From the NCBI GenBank assembly GCA_009774245.1, contig VSNM01000005.1:21445-85444 (forward strand): a stretch of DNA of 64,000 bases, read 5' to 3'. The position numbers and the translations under genes were made by a program. The notes below the pieces were generated by a model. That model worked only from the letters and a program-made list of their open reading frames with translations, was not told the DNA's origin and searched no databases. The stretch is from Lachnospiraceae bacterium. Lineage in GTDB: Bacteria > Bacillota > Clostridia > Lachnospirales > Lachnospiraceae. Below are positions 10,424 through 20,100 of this stretch, piece by piece. Position 1 is the stretch's first letter. Every line of letters begins with the position of its first letter.

Positions 10424-10680
10424 ATGAATAATTCTTTACTGTATTATAGTGTTGGTGCGCTTTTATACTGTCCTGCGAACAGAAAGACAGTCGTTGATTC
10501 CATTGTCAATAACAGGTTTGGCACAAAATATTCGCTGGCATTATACCTGGAGGATACCATACGGGATGACTGCGTGGCAGAAGCAGAACAGATTCTGGCT
10601 AACTCACTGTGCCAACTGGAACAGCAGCTGCAGTCAAAAGACTTTTACCTGCCGAAAATCTTTGTCCGTGTGAGAAATGC
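10424..10680 (+). pseudogene. HpcH/HpaI aldolase/citrate lyase family protein, 3'-truncated
   Basis: YSVGALLYCPANR...LEDTI.DD.V..AE...PKIFVRVRN, which then runs into a mobile element end. Confidence 0.7.
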
Positions 10681-10898
10681 ACATTGTCGGACGGCAAATT
10701 GACGGAGACGATAAAAGCAAATTATTTTTTCACACTACGCAGAATTGATCGTGTTGCATTTTATAAAAAAGCACATTCCAGTCGGAAATATGGCGCATTA
10801 CCGTCAGAATTGACCAGATCAGACAGCCTGGAAAATATATAAAAGGCCATGACATCCGTTACAGAAGTCATGACCTGTCTAAGGCATCGGCCAGGGGA

Positions 10899-11228
10899 TC
10901 AGTCAGATGCCTTGTCTGTAATAAGGGCTTCAAGATACATGAGTCCGGTGGCGACTGTCACAGCATCATCTTCCCCCATCAGCCTGCTGATCCGCTCTCT
11001 GTTCCAGAAAAAGTCAGAGAGTTTTGACCGCTCGCATCCCACATCATGGCTGGGGATACACAGGTAATCCCCATATTTATGCTGTCCGGTAAGGATGTGA
11101 AAATAAGTTCCGCGTCCCTCGATCTCCGCTTCATACTGCCGTCCTGTCCTGGATGCTTTGAGCAGACAAACCTCGGCTTCCCAGGTTTCGCACCCGTTTT
11201 CTTTTTTCAGGATACATGTGTATTTCAT
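10899..11228 (-). CDS. Transposon-associated hypothetical protein (DUF6618-like)
   Basis: GRGTYFHILTGQHKYGDYLCIP...GCE.S.LSDFFWN.ER; AGGAGG RBS; directly follows the ExeA fragment. Confidence 0.65.
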   Translation of the reverse strand: MKYTCILKKENGCETWEAEVCLLKASRTGRQYEAEIEGRGTYFHILTGQHKYGDYLCIPSHDVGCERSKLSDFFWNRERISRLMGEDDAVTVATGLMYLEALITDKASD

Positions 11229-11241
11229 AAATGTTTACCTC

Positions 11242-11450
11242 CTAAGAAAGATTCTGGTTACTGACCGCGGCCAGGATGACCCCCGTGTCAATGGTCTTTT
11301 TATCCATCTGTGCCCCCGGCACGAGTGCATCGGTCATCAGGTTGTCCACCAGGCGTGGATTTCCCTGGGAATGGCTGTGTACGGCAGAAAGGGCTGCCTG
11401 GTCGATGATGCTGGCGTCCACCTCCAATCTTTGAGTAATCAATGGCAGGG
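11242..11450 (-). pseudogene. ExeA-type AAA ATPase C-terminal fragment
   Basis: AALSAVHSHSQGNPRLVDNLMTDAL...IDTGVILAAV; the N-terminal ATPase part is absent. Confidence 0.7.
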
Positions 11451-11502
11451 GGATTGTTGCGCTTTGTCCGGCAGTTCTCATTTAGCCGCTAAATAGTGTG
11501 GG

Positions 11503-11542
11503 GCAGGAATCCGGCTTTGGAGAGGGGGATTCCTGCTTTTTT
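11503..11542 (+). terminator. Intrinsic terminator-like hairpin
   Basis: GCAGGAATCC (11503-11512) / GGATTCCTGC (11527-11536) followed by T6. Confidence 0.6.
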
Positions 11543-11880
11543 CTTTATGTTACATAAATAATGATAACATATCCTGTCAAGAAAACAATCTGACGGATTC
11601 TCCATCAGATACTTATCCCTTTGAGAGAAATTAATTTGAAGAAAAGGATTGATTTTTATAAAAGATAATTTGGCGGATAATAGCCGGGAACTGGGACTGT
11701 CCGTGAAAACACTCACATGGGACATGGATAATGACGGTGACTGGGCGGAGCATGTAAAGGGCGTGGACGATTACCTGTATGACCTGGAGCAGAAAAAAAG
11801 CAATAGTTAATTTGTGCAGAGGATGGTACAATATATAAAAAACATCAGGCGGCCTTACGGGTCATGGAAAGGAGAATGGT

Positions 11881-12105
11881 ATGTCAACATTGGAGAAAAC
11901 GATAAATCTGTTGAACGCCCTGCCGGAAAACCAGATAGAAACGATATATAGCTTTGTGCAGTTTCTCAGCTCACAGCAGACGAAAGAAATGCCGGGAGGT
12001 GAAAAATCTCTGGATGACATTTTGGGGAATATAGTAGGTGTGATACCGGATACGGGGAAAACACTGGAGGAAAGGATGAGGGAACGGTATGAAGCTGTTA
12101 ATTGA
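11881..12105 (+). CDS. Putative antitoxin
   Basis: 74 aa, AAGGAG RBS, overlaps the start of a PIN gene; LNALPENQIETIYSFVQFL. Confidence 0.6.
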   Translation: MSTLEKTINLLNALPENQIETIYSFVQFLSSQQTKEMPGGEKSLDDILGNIVGVIPDTGKTLEERMRERYEAVN

Positions 12106-12498
12106 TACCAATGTGCTTCTGGATATGGTTCTTAAAGAAACGGGTATGATATTTCGGTAAAACTGTTCAGGAAGATCAGGGAGCAGGGAATCCTTGCATG
12201 TATAACGGCATCTTCTGTAACGGATCTGTTTTATATTATCCGCAAAGAAACACATGATACAGAACGGACATATGTTATCATGGAAAACATTTTCTGTCTG
12301 GTAACAGTTCTTTCTGTAACGGAAAAGGACATACAGGATGCGTTTGGACAGAAATGGAAAGATTTTGAGGACTGTGTGCAGTATATGACAGGGCGGAATA
12401 ATCGGGTGGATTACCTTATCACGGCAAACCGGAAAGATCACAAGGATGTTTCCCTGTCTGTACTGACTCCGCCCATGTGGAGTTGGCGCAGTTCCTGA
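12089..12498 (+). pseudogene. PIN-domain (VapC-like) toxin, frameshifted
   Basis: MKLLIDTNVLLD then a frameshift near 12135; continues SSVTDLFYI...KDFEDCVQY...YLITAN.KD. Confidence 0.8.
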
Positions 12499-12812
12499 AT
12501 GGCATGGAGCGGGGGAAGGCACAGTATATCGTGGACGCGGTAATGGCGTACCAGCGCGGAGGGCAGGTTGGAGTTTCCGCTTTGGCAGGAGCTGGGCATC
12601 CGGCGGATTATGAGACAATCCGGAAGATTGTGCTGCAGGTCATGGAAGAACGGGAGAACGGAGCCTATGGCAGCAATGTGGCTGTGGCGGGAGCAATAGA
12701 AACGGCTCAACAGGCAGAAACTTTTGGCGAAAATGGACTGACAGGACTGGATGATGATGCGTTAGGCGGTATCTTACAGTCGTTGGAGGCGTTTTTCACC
12801 ATTCTGATTTGA
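12477..12812 (+). pseudogene. ParR-like (plasmid segregation/centromere-binding) protein fragment, 5'-truncated
   Basis: KAQYIVDAVMAY...IRKIVLQVM...LDDDALGGILQSLEAF resembles ParM-associated proteins of Clostridial mobile elements; no RBS. Confidence 0.45.
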
Positions 12813-13087
12813 ACGCCCGCCAAAGCGGGCAGATGGGAGTTAGCGTAAAGGAAGCCTTTCCAGTTTTTTATGAACCGGCTTCCTTTTGTTCAAGCAGAGT
12901 GTCGGGTGTGCAGGCATTGTATCATATGATTAGGGTGTCAAAAGGTCTGAATTTCCCTTGCAGGGTAATTTTCCCAATCTTGCACCACAATATCTATCAA
13001 CGATGCGCCGCATCGCCTCAAGATATTGTGGCACAATCTTGAAAAAATTATCTCTGCAATGAAAATGGATGGAAAGGCAGTGAGGCA

Positions 13088-13975
13088 ATGTATAATCCGC
13101 AACTGGAGACATTTATCCGCGTGGCAGATGCCGGAAGTTTTAACAAGGCGGCAGAACAGGCATACATTACACCTACGGCGGTTTTGAAACAGATCAATCT
13201 GCTGGAGGCAGATTTGTGGGTACAGCTCTTTGAAAGAACCCACAGAGGGCTTTCTCTGACGAAAGCAGGGAGCTCCCTGTATAAAGACACAAAATACATT
13301 ATCCAGTATTGCAAGGATTCTGTGATACGGGCGAAAAATGCCATGCAGGAAAATGCGGATATCATCCGTATCGGCACGTCGCCCATGACGCCTGCGCAGG
13401 TTCTGGTAGAACTCTGGCCACAAATTCATGCGTTGTGTCCAGAGATCAAGTTCCAGCTTGTCCCTTTTGAGAATACTCCGGAAAATGCAAGGGAAATACT
13501 GAAGAACCTTGGACAGAATATTGATGTGGTGGCAGGAATTTTTGACGAAACAATGCTGAATCTGCGCCAATGTGCGGGTTTTGAACTTTTCGAGCAGCCA
13601 TTGTGCTGTGCGGTATCCATTCACCATCGTCTTGCGGATAAGATAAAATTGACGATTCAGGATTTATATGGGGAGAACCTGCTGATGATGCATCGTGACT
13701 GGAGCCATTATGTGGACAGACTTCGGGATGACCTTTGGCAGAACCACAGTAAGATCAGTATTGTGGATTTTGATTTTTACAGTGTGGATGTATTTAACCG
13801 ATGCGAGAATGGAAATGACGTGCTGATGGCGGTGCCGGTATGGGATAACGTCCATCCCTTATTAAAGGTAATCCCTGTGGATTGGAGTTATTCTATTCCC
13901 TATGGCCTGCTGCATTCCCCGGAACCTTCCGTAACGGTAAAGAAATTCCTCTCGGCATTGCAGAAAGTATTGTAA
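13088..13975 (+). CDS. LysR family transcriptional regulator
   Basis: QLETFIRVADAGSFNKAAEQAYITPTAVLKQINLLEADL..QLFERTHRGLSLTKAG. Confidence 0.93.
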   Translation: MYNPQLETFIRVADAGSFNKAAEQAYITPTAVLKQINLLEADLWVQLFERTHRGLSLTKAGSSLYKDTKYIIQYCKDSVIRAKNAMQENADIIRIGTSPMTPAQVLVELWPQIHALCPEIKFQLVPFENTPENAREILKNLGQNIDVVAGIFDETMLNLRQCAGFELFEQPLCCAVSIHHRLADKIKLTIQDLYGENLLMMHRDWSHYVDRLRDDLWQNHSKISIVDFDFYSVDVFNRCENGNDVLMAVPVWDNVHPLLKVIPVDWSYSIPYGLLHSPEPSVTVKKFLSALQKVL

Positions 13976-13980
13976 CAGGG

Positions 13981-14010
13981 TAACAACAGAGTTGTAACCT
14001 CAGAGTATAA
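13981..14010 (+). promoter_or_regulatory. Possible LysR binding site
   Basis: Dyad ACAAC-aga-GTTGT at 13983-13995, between the LysR gene and the dehydrogenase. Confidence 0.4.
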
Positions 14011-14086
14011 ACTGATGAACCAATCGAGACTTCTTTTGAAGCCTCGATTTTTTTATACTAAAAAAGCAAGGGGGAAAGGAGTGGTT

Positions 14087-15256
14087 ATGAATAATTTTAT
14101 TTTTGAAAATTCTACAAAGACATATTTTGGAAAAGGCTGCGTGAAAGAATATCTTGCCTGCCTGACCAGACATTATGGAAAAAATGTGATGTTTGCTTAT
14201 GGTGGAGATTCCATCAGGAATAACGGTATTTATGATGAAATCCGGGAGAGTCTTGCAAAAGCGGAAAAGAATGTGGTTGAATTTTCAGGCATTTATGAAA
14301 ATCCAACTTATGAAAAAGTGCTGGAGGGCGCGAAGCTGGCAAAGGAAAATGAAATAGATTTTATTCTTGCCGTTGGGGGCGGAAGCGTGATGGACTGCTG
14401 TAAAGCCGTTTCTATGGCAGCGGTTTATGGAGGCGATCTCTGGAATGATTATTTTGCAAGGCATGGAATTATGGAGTTTGATCCGGTTCCAATGGGCGCT
14501 GTTGTGACGGAAACGGAAACCGGAAGTGAAATGAACGGAAGGGCAGTCATTACGAACCAGGCGTTGAAAGTCAGGACGGGGAGGGACTATCCCAAGTGTA
14601 ACCCAAAATTTGCGTTGATCGATCCTGCCTATAGCTGCTGCGTTCCCAAAAGGCAGATGGTATCTGACGGTTTTGATACATTATCCCATATGATGGAAAT
14701 TTATTTCAGCAAACCGGATGAAGATAATGTCTCCGATGAAATTGCGGAGGCCCTGATGAAAAATGTAATCCAGAATTTAAGGGCGGCAATCAAAGACCCA
14801 CAGAATTATACGGCAAAAAGCAACCTGATGTGGGATGCGGCTATGGCAGACAACCGTATCCTGAAATTAGGAAAGCAGACAGATTTCCAATGCCGTCAGA
14901 TGGAGCATCAGCTTGCAGCTTATACAAACTGCAACCAGGGGGAAGGGCTTGCAGTTCTGCATCCTGTCTACTATCGCCATATTTATAGAAACGGCTGTCA
15001 TAAGTTCAGGAGGTTTGCCGTCAATGTATGGGGAATTTCGGACAGGGGCAAGACGGAGGAAGAAACAGCCTGTGAAGGGGTTGAGGCACTGGCTGGATTT
15101 ATTAAAGAAGTGGGACTTCCCGTTACACTCCGTGATTTAGGGGCAGACGAAAATACGGATTTGAGGCAGATCGCAGATTCCTGCAGTCTTTCTGCCGGTA
15201 GTTATAAACAAATGACGCACAAGGAAATCCTTGAAATTTTTCAGGAATGCTATTAA
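14087..15256 (+). CDS. Iron-containing alcohol dehydrogenase family (BdhA/YqhD-like) with degenerate metal site
   Basis: ENPT, LAVGGGSVMDCCKA, TGSE, DTLSH; expected His ligands read as R and Q. Confidence 0.85.
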   Translation: MNNFIFENSTKTYFGKGCVKEYLACLTRHYGKNVMFAYGGDSIRNNGIYDEIRESLAKAEKNVVEFSGIYENPTYEKVLEGAKLAKENEIDFILAVGGGSVMDCCKAVSMAAVYGGDLWNDYFARHGIMEFDPVPMGAVVTETETGSEMNGRAVITNQALKVRTGRDYPKCNPKFALIDPAYSCCVPKRQMVSDGFDTLSHMMEIYFSKPDEDNVSDEIAEALMKNVIQNLRAAIKDPQNYTAKSNLMWDAAMADNRILKLGKQTDFQCRQMEHQLAAYTNCNQGEGLAVLHPVYYRHIYRNGCHKFRRFAVNVWGISDRGKTEEETACEGVEALAGFIKEVGLPVTLRDLGADENTDLRQIADSCSLSAGSYKQMTHKEILEIFQECY

Positions 15257-15297
15257 AACAATCTTGTAATAGAACGGAAAACGGGAGGAGAGGCAGA

Positions 15298-16902
15298 ATG
15301 AAGAAAAAAGTGATGGTGGCTGCATGTATGATCCTAAGCATGACGCTTGGAGCCTGTGGAAGGACGGCGGATGCAATCCCCATGGAAACAGAGGGCGCAC
15401 AGGAAGAACAGCCGGGGAGTATGGAAGAGGATATTGTGGTGGCAGAGGAAGAGGAACAGGAACAGCCAGAGGAGGAAGCAGGCATAACAGAAAGTGGGAC
15501 GGATCAAGAATCCCGCGTCCTGATTGCCTATTTTTCTCAGCCGACGGATGTGGATACTTCCGACCTGGATGCGGTCTCCAGCGCAAGCGTTGTCGTGCGG
15601 GATGATGCGGCGGCAGGCAGTACAACGGAGTATGTCGCGAAGCTGATTCAGGAGACGGTAGGAGGCGATTTGTTCCGCATTGAGACGGTGGACGAATATC
15701 CGTCCGATTATGATGAACTGGTTGCGCTGGCAAGAGAGGAAAAGGAAAATGGCGCCCGACCTGAACTTTCAGGGCATATAGAGAATCCGGAGCGGTATGA
15801 TACGATTATTCTGGGTTATCCAAGCTGGATCATGGATATGCCCATGCCGGTTTATTCTTTTCTGGAAGAGTATGATTTCGGAGCCAAAACAATTGTTCCT
15901 TTTGTGACCCATGGCGGCAGCGGGTTTGGAAGTACAAGAGACGCTATTTCCGAACTGTAGCCGGGAGCGTTTGTCAGCGACAACGGTCTTTCGGTCGCAA
16001 GGGACGGTTTGGCGGATATGGAAGATGAGATCAGGCAGTGGGCGGAAAGTCTTCACCTTAATGCGGAGGATCCGATGCCGGAAAGCAGCAGCGATACGGT
16101 GTCGGGAGCCATTGCCAATCCGCGAAACCGGCAGACGCTGTACTTGTGGGAAGAAAACAACATGCCAACAATAACGGAGTATACGGAGAACAACGGATAC
16201 TATGCCGATGATCCGGATTTTCGCCCATATATGGTGGCATTTCCCGTGCCGGAGGGGACGGAGGTGAAAGGCGCTGTTCTGGTCTGCGCCGGGGGAGCGT
16301 TCCGGTTTCGGTCCGACCAGAATGAGGGAACGCCGGTAGCGCAGGCATTGAGCGAATCAGGCTATCAGAGTTTCGTGGTCAATTACCGTCTGCAGCCTTA
16401 TACACAGGAAGAGGGGGCGTTGGATTTGGCAAGGGCAGTGCGCTTCGTGCGACAAAACGCGGATGTGTACGGTATTGACGAAAAGGATATTGCTGTGATG
16501 GGATTTTCGGCAGGAGGCATTCTTGCAGGAGAAATGCTGTTAAACTTTGACGGAACAGTTAATGGAACAGCGCTTGACGCGGATTATGCGCCCGATGCGC
16601 TGGACGGCGTTTCGGCGGATGCGGCGGCGGACGGAATGATTTATTCTTTCTATGGCAGATTAAGCGTTGCCTCTAAAGATGTGGAAAAGTTTGCAGCGTC
16701 CGATTTGCCGCCGACTTACTTCTGCTATGGGACGAGAGACCCTTTCGTGAGAGAATTTGAGGCTTGTATAGACGCTCTGCAGGAAGCGGGGGTTTCGGTG
16801 GAAACCGATGTACTGGAAGGAAGACCTCACGGTTACGGCTACACGGAAGGGTGGATTCCGGCATATGCCGAGTGGCCTGGAGACGTGTTTGCCAACAATT
16901 AG
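15298..16902 (+). pseudogene. Lipoprotein fusion of flavodoxin and alpha/beta hydrolase, split by an in-frame TAG
   Basis: Lipobox LGAC; flavodoxin LIAYFS, ILGYP.W..DMPMPVYSFL, PFVTHGGSGFG; TAG at 15958-15960; same frame continues to CAGGAF, GFSAGG, HGYG. Confidence 0.8.
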
Positions 16903-16904
16903 TA

Positions 16905-18061
16905 ATAAAGGAGAACTGCTGTCAGATGTCGCGTCAGACTTTGCGGCGGGACCGGAGAAGCCGGCAAGCTATATGGGGAAAGTAACGGCTCTGCTGTATG
17001 CGCGGTACTGTGCAGGTGAAAAGCCGCTTGCCATGGTCAGTACGGACAATTGTTCACATAATGGGGACAAACTGTATGCTGCAGTGGCAGCATTTGCAAG
17101 GGCATGGGTAGAGAATCGGAAGGCGGATGCTGGTTTTTAAAAATATATAGATTCGGAAAAGGTTTCTTTTCCATGGAGTATGATTGACAAGATCACGCCA
17201 AGACCGGATGTGTCTGTGGAGAAAATTTTGCGGGAAGACGGTATAGAGGGACTCGAACCGGTTATCACGTCAAAAAATACGTATGTGGCTCCATTTGTCA
17301 ACGCAGAGGAGACGGAGTATCTGGTGATCGAGGATAATTTCCCAAACGGACGTCCGAGACTGGAAGACGGCGGGATTCTGTTCACGGACCGGGCGACAGT
17401 AGATAAAGTGGAGAAGATGAAAGTGTGCACCTGTTTGAATCCGCTGCATACCTGCCTTGCAATTTTCGGCTGTCTGCTTGGGTATAAGAAGATTTCAGAT
17501 GAAATGCAGGATCCGGAGCTTGTGGCGCTCGTGGAGCGGGTAGGATACCAGGAAGGTCTTCCGGTGGTGGTCAATCCGGGCATTCTGAATCCGAGGGAGT
17601 TTATTGACACCGTGTTTAGGATTCGTGTCACCAATCCTTTTATGCCGGACACACCACAGCGGATTGCTACAGATACCTCACAGAAACTGGCAATTCGTTT
17701 TGGAGAGACGATCAAGGCTTATCAGGCAGATGAAAATCTTAGCGTGGAGAATCTGCGGATGATACCGCTTGTCTTTGCAGGCTGGATGCGGTATCTGATG
17801 GCAGTGGACGATAGCGGGAGAGCGTTTGAGCTAAGTCCTGATCCGCTCTTAGACAGGCTGCGCCCGCAGATGGCTAAGCTGAAATTAGGGGATGCAGAGG
17901 CGGAGGAAATCATTAAACCAATCATGCAGAATGCGAGTATATTTGGCGTGAATCTGTATGAGGCTGGCATAGCTGAAAAGGTGTGTGGTTATTTCGTAGA
18001 ATTGAATGCAGGTGAAGGGGCAGTCCGCAGGACACTGAAGAAATATTTGACAAATAAGTGA
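16905..18061 (+). pseudogene. Mannitol/mannonate dehydrogenase family, 5'-truncated with an internal stop
   Basis: VSTDNCSHNGDKL, TAA at 17138-17140, then in frame FPWSMIDKITPRP, MKVCTCLNPLHT, DTPQRIATDTSQK. Confidence 0.85.
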
Positions 18062-18149
18062 GTATATGAACAAAACTTTGATTGCATTCCGATTATGTTG
18101 AGGTATTATTTTATTCGATCAGGGATAAAGTTTGGATAGACTTGTTTTG

Positions 18150-18710
18150 TATGTCTGAGTATTGCCGCAGGCATGGAGGTGGTTATAAAGCGGCTTCTTT
18201 TACATTATCTGACCGGACAGAGAAAATATTGAAAACTCTCAGCGCAAGCTATTCTGAGTCCTCTTGTATTGTGCTTCGTTCCAAAATAGTGCTGATGGCT
18301 GCACAGGAAAAAACAAATTCACAGATTGCAGATGCACTTGGCACTGCTTATGCCACTGTCAGCACATGGAGGAACCGTTTTTATAACAGTATAGAATTTA
18401 TTGTTCAGGCCGAGGACTATGACGGGCCGGACAGTGATAAAAAACTTTATGAAGCTGTAATTTCTGTGCTTTCGGATAAACCAAGAACAGGAAAGCCCAC
18501 TGTCTTTACTTAAATTTGCAGGAATCGCGCCATGGAAAAACCGTTACTGGCTCAATTCCCCGGAGAAACACGAAGATCCGGAAAACTTTAAAAAAATTGA
18601 ATCCATCTGTGCCCTTTACATGGAATCCACCCGGCTGGCAGAATCAGACACGGAGGTGTATTCTACAGATGAAATGACCGGAGTCAGGCTCTGGAACGTA
18701 AATATGCGGA
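18150..18710 (+). pseudogene. IS630-family transposase fragments
   Basis: HTH LRSKIVLMAA..KTNSQIADALG....TVSTWRNRF...LSDKPRTGKP; downstream piece YSTDEMTGVQALER. Confidence 0.75.
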
Positions 18711-18850
18711 CTGGACATTTACCAGTTTAAAGGACATATTGGTAGTGCGTTCCATGGCATATTTACTGCCGCAGGTGGGACAGAAGCGGCTATTGCAGCG
18801 GAAAGGGACAAACTTAAGCTTTTCACAGTGGGGACAGCCATTCATGACGC
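18711..18850 (-). pseudogene. IS91-family transposase zinc-binding domain fragment
   Basis: CPHC..LKFVPFRCNSRFCPTCG. Confidence 0.75.
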
Positions 18851-18967
18851 TTCCGGTTCCCTGTGATTTGCAGGATAGCAGTTTTTGAGTAGCGCTCTGC
18901 CGGGTTTGGGGATACAATAAACGGGTATCTGGATAACATGATGCTATATTTTAGAAAGGAATGAATT

Positions 18968-20098
18968 ATGGAGAGACAGTATCGCAATGTATTTGCAGAG
19001 ATCGGAATGATGCCGGAACAGGTGGAAAAGCGGCTTTGGGAGATCCGGGATTTTTATTTTTATGGGAAGGAGGACGAGCGTGTCTACTATCCGGCGGGAG
19101 ACGGCATGGCCTATATCATGGATACAGGAAACAATGACGCCCGCACAGAAGGCATGTCGTACGGCATGATGATCTGCGTGCAGCTGGACATGCATGAGGA
19201 GTTTGACCGGCTCTGGAAGTGGGCAAAGACCTACATGTGGATGGCGGACGGGTTCCATGAGGGATATTTTGCGTGGTCGTGCGCGACGGACGGCACGAAA
19301 AACGCCGACAGCCCGGCGCCTGACGGCGAGGAGTTCTTCGCGATGGCGCTCTTCTTTGCGTCGCACAGATGGGGGGACGGGGAAGGCATTTTTAATTACG
19401 CCCATGAGGCGAGGGAGATCTTGAGGGCATGTCTGCATAAAGGGGAGAATGGCAGGCCGGGAGTGCCGATGTGGAATCGGGACAATCATCAGATCCTGTT
19501 TGTCCCGGGAAGTGATTTTACAGATCCGTCCTATCATCTGCCGCATTTCTATGAGCTGTTTGCGCTGTGGGCGTATGAGGAGGACAGGGCATTCTGGGAG
19601 AGGGCTGCGCTTGAGAGCCGCAGGTATCTTGTGAAGGCGTGTCATGAAAGGACTGGCTTTTCGGCGGAGTATGCTGAGTTTGACGGAAGTCCGATGCGCA
19701 GAAAGCTGCCCTGGACAGACGACAGGCATGACTGGTTCTACAGCGACTCCTACCGCACGGCGGCCAATATCGGACTGGACTATGCGTGGTTTGGGAAGGA
19801 CGAGGGGCAGTGCCGTGCGGCGCGCGCGATCCAGGAGTTCCTGCTGGAGGACTGCAGAAAGGATACATACCGCGTTTACGAGATTGACGGAAGTGTGGCG
19901 GAGGACCGGGCACTCCACCCGGTAGCGATTCCGGCGACCGTGGCGATGTCAACACTTGCCGCCTCCACGGACTGTAGCAGGGAGTGGGTGGAGTATTTCT
20001 GGAATATGCCCATGCGCACAGGGGAGAGACGGTATTATGACAATTGCCTGTATTTCTTTGCATTTCTGGCACTCAGCGGGAATTACCGGATCTGGTGA
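18968..20098 (+). CDS. GH8 reducing-end xylose-releasing exo-oligoxylanase (Rex-type)
   Basis: RTEGMSYGM, PAPDGEEFFAMAL, FTDPSYHLPHFY, YSDSYR, LHPV, RRYYDNCLY; no signal peptide. Confidence 0.9.
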   Translation: MERQYRNVFAEIGMMPEQVEKRLWEIRDFYFYGKEDERVYYPAGDGMAYIMDTGNNDARTEGMSYGMMICVQLDMHEEFDRLWKWAKTYMWMADGFHEGYFAWSCATDGTKNADSPAPDGEEFFAMALFFASHRWGDGEGIFNYAHEAREILRACLHKGENGRPGVPMWNRDNHQILFVPGSDFTDPSYHLPHFYELFALWAYEEDRAFWERAALESRRYLVKACHERTGFSAEYAEFDGSPMRRKLPWTDDRHDWFYSDSYRTAANIGLDYAWFGKDEGQCRAARAIQEFLLEDCRKDTYRVYEIDGSVAEDRALHPVAIPATVAMSTLAASTDCSREWVEYFWNMPMRTGERRYYDNCLYFFAFLALSGNYRIW

Positions 20099-20100
20099 CA

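Larger units (their letters stand above)
10669..11717 (-). mobile_element. Internally deleted ExeA-type (Mu/IS21-like) transposon remnant with TG...CA ends
   Basis: TGTGAG at 10669 and CTCACA at 11712-11717; recurring (T)GACGG-type subterminal motifs at both ends; flanked by two truncated genes; left end is uncertain (10669 or TGT at 10685). Confidence 0.55.

Noticed and set aside
3327..11450. Idea that the two ExeA fragments are one gene split by an 8-kb insertion
   Set aside because: Both are on the minus strand, but the N-terminal piece lies at the lower coordinate, the wrong order for a single interrupted gene.
12916..12941. Minus-strand TTGACA...TACAAT promoter for a small RNA
   Set aside because: The spacer is only 14 bp, too short for a sigma-A promoter.
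15958..15960. Pyrrolysine or programmed amber readthrough
   Set aside because: No pyl genes are in the window and neighbouring genes also carry nonsense lesions; simple mutation is more parsimonious.
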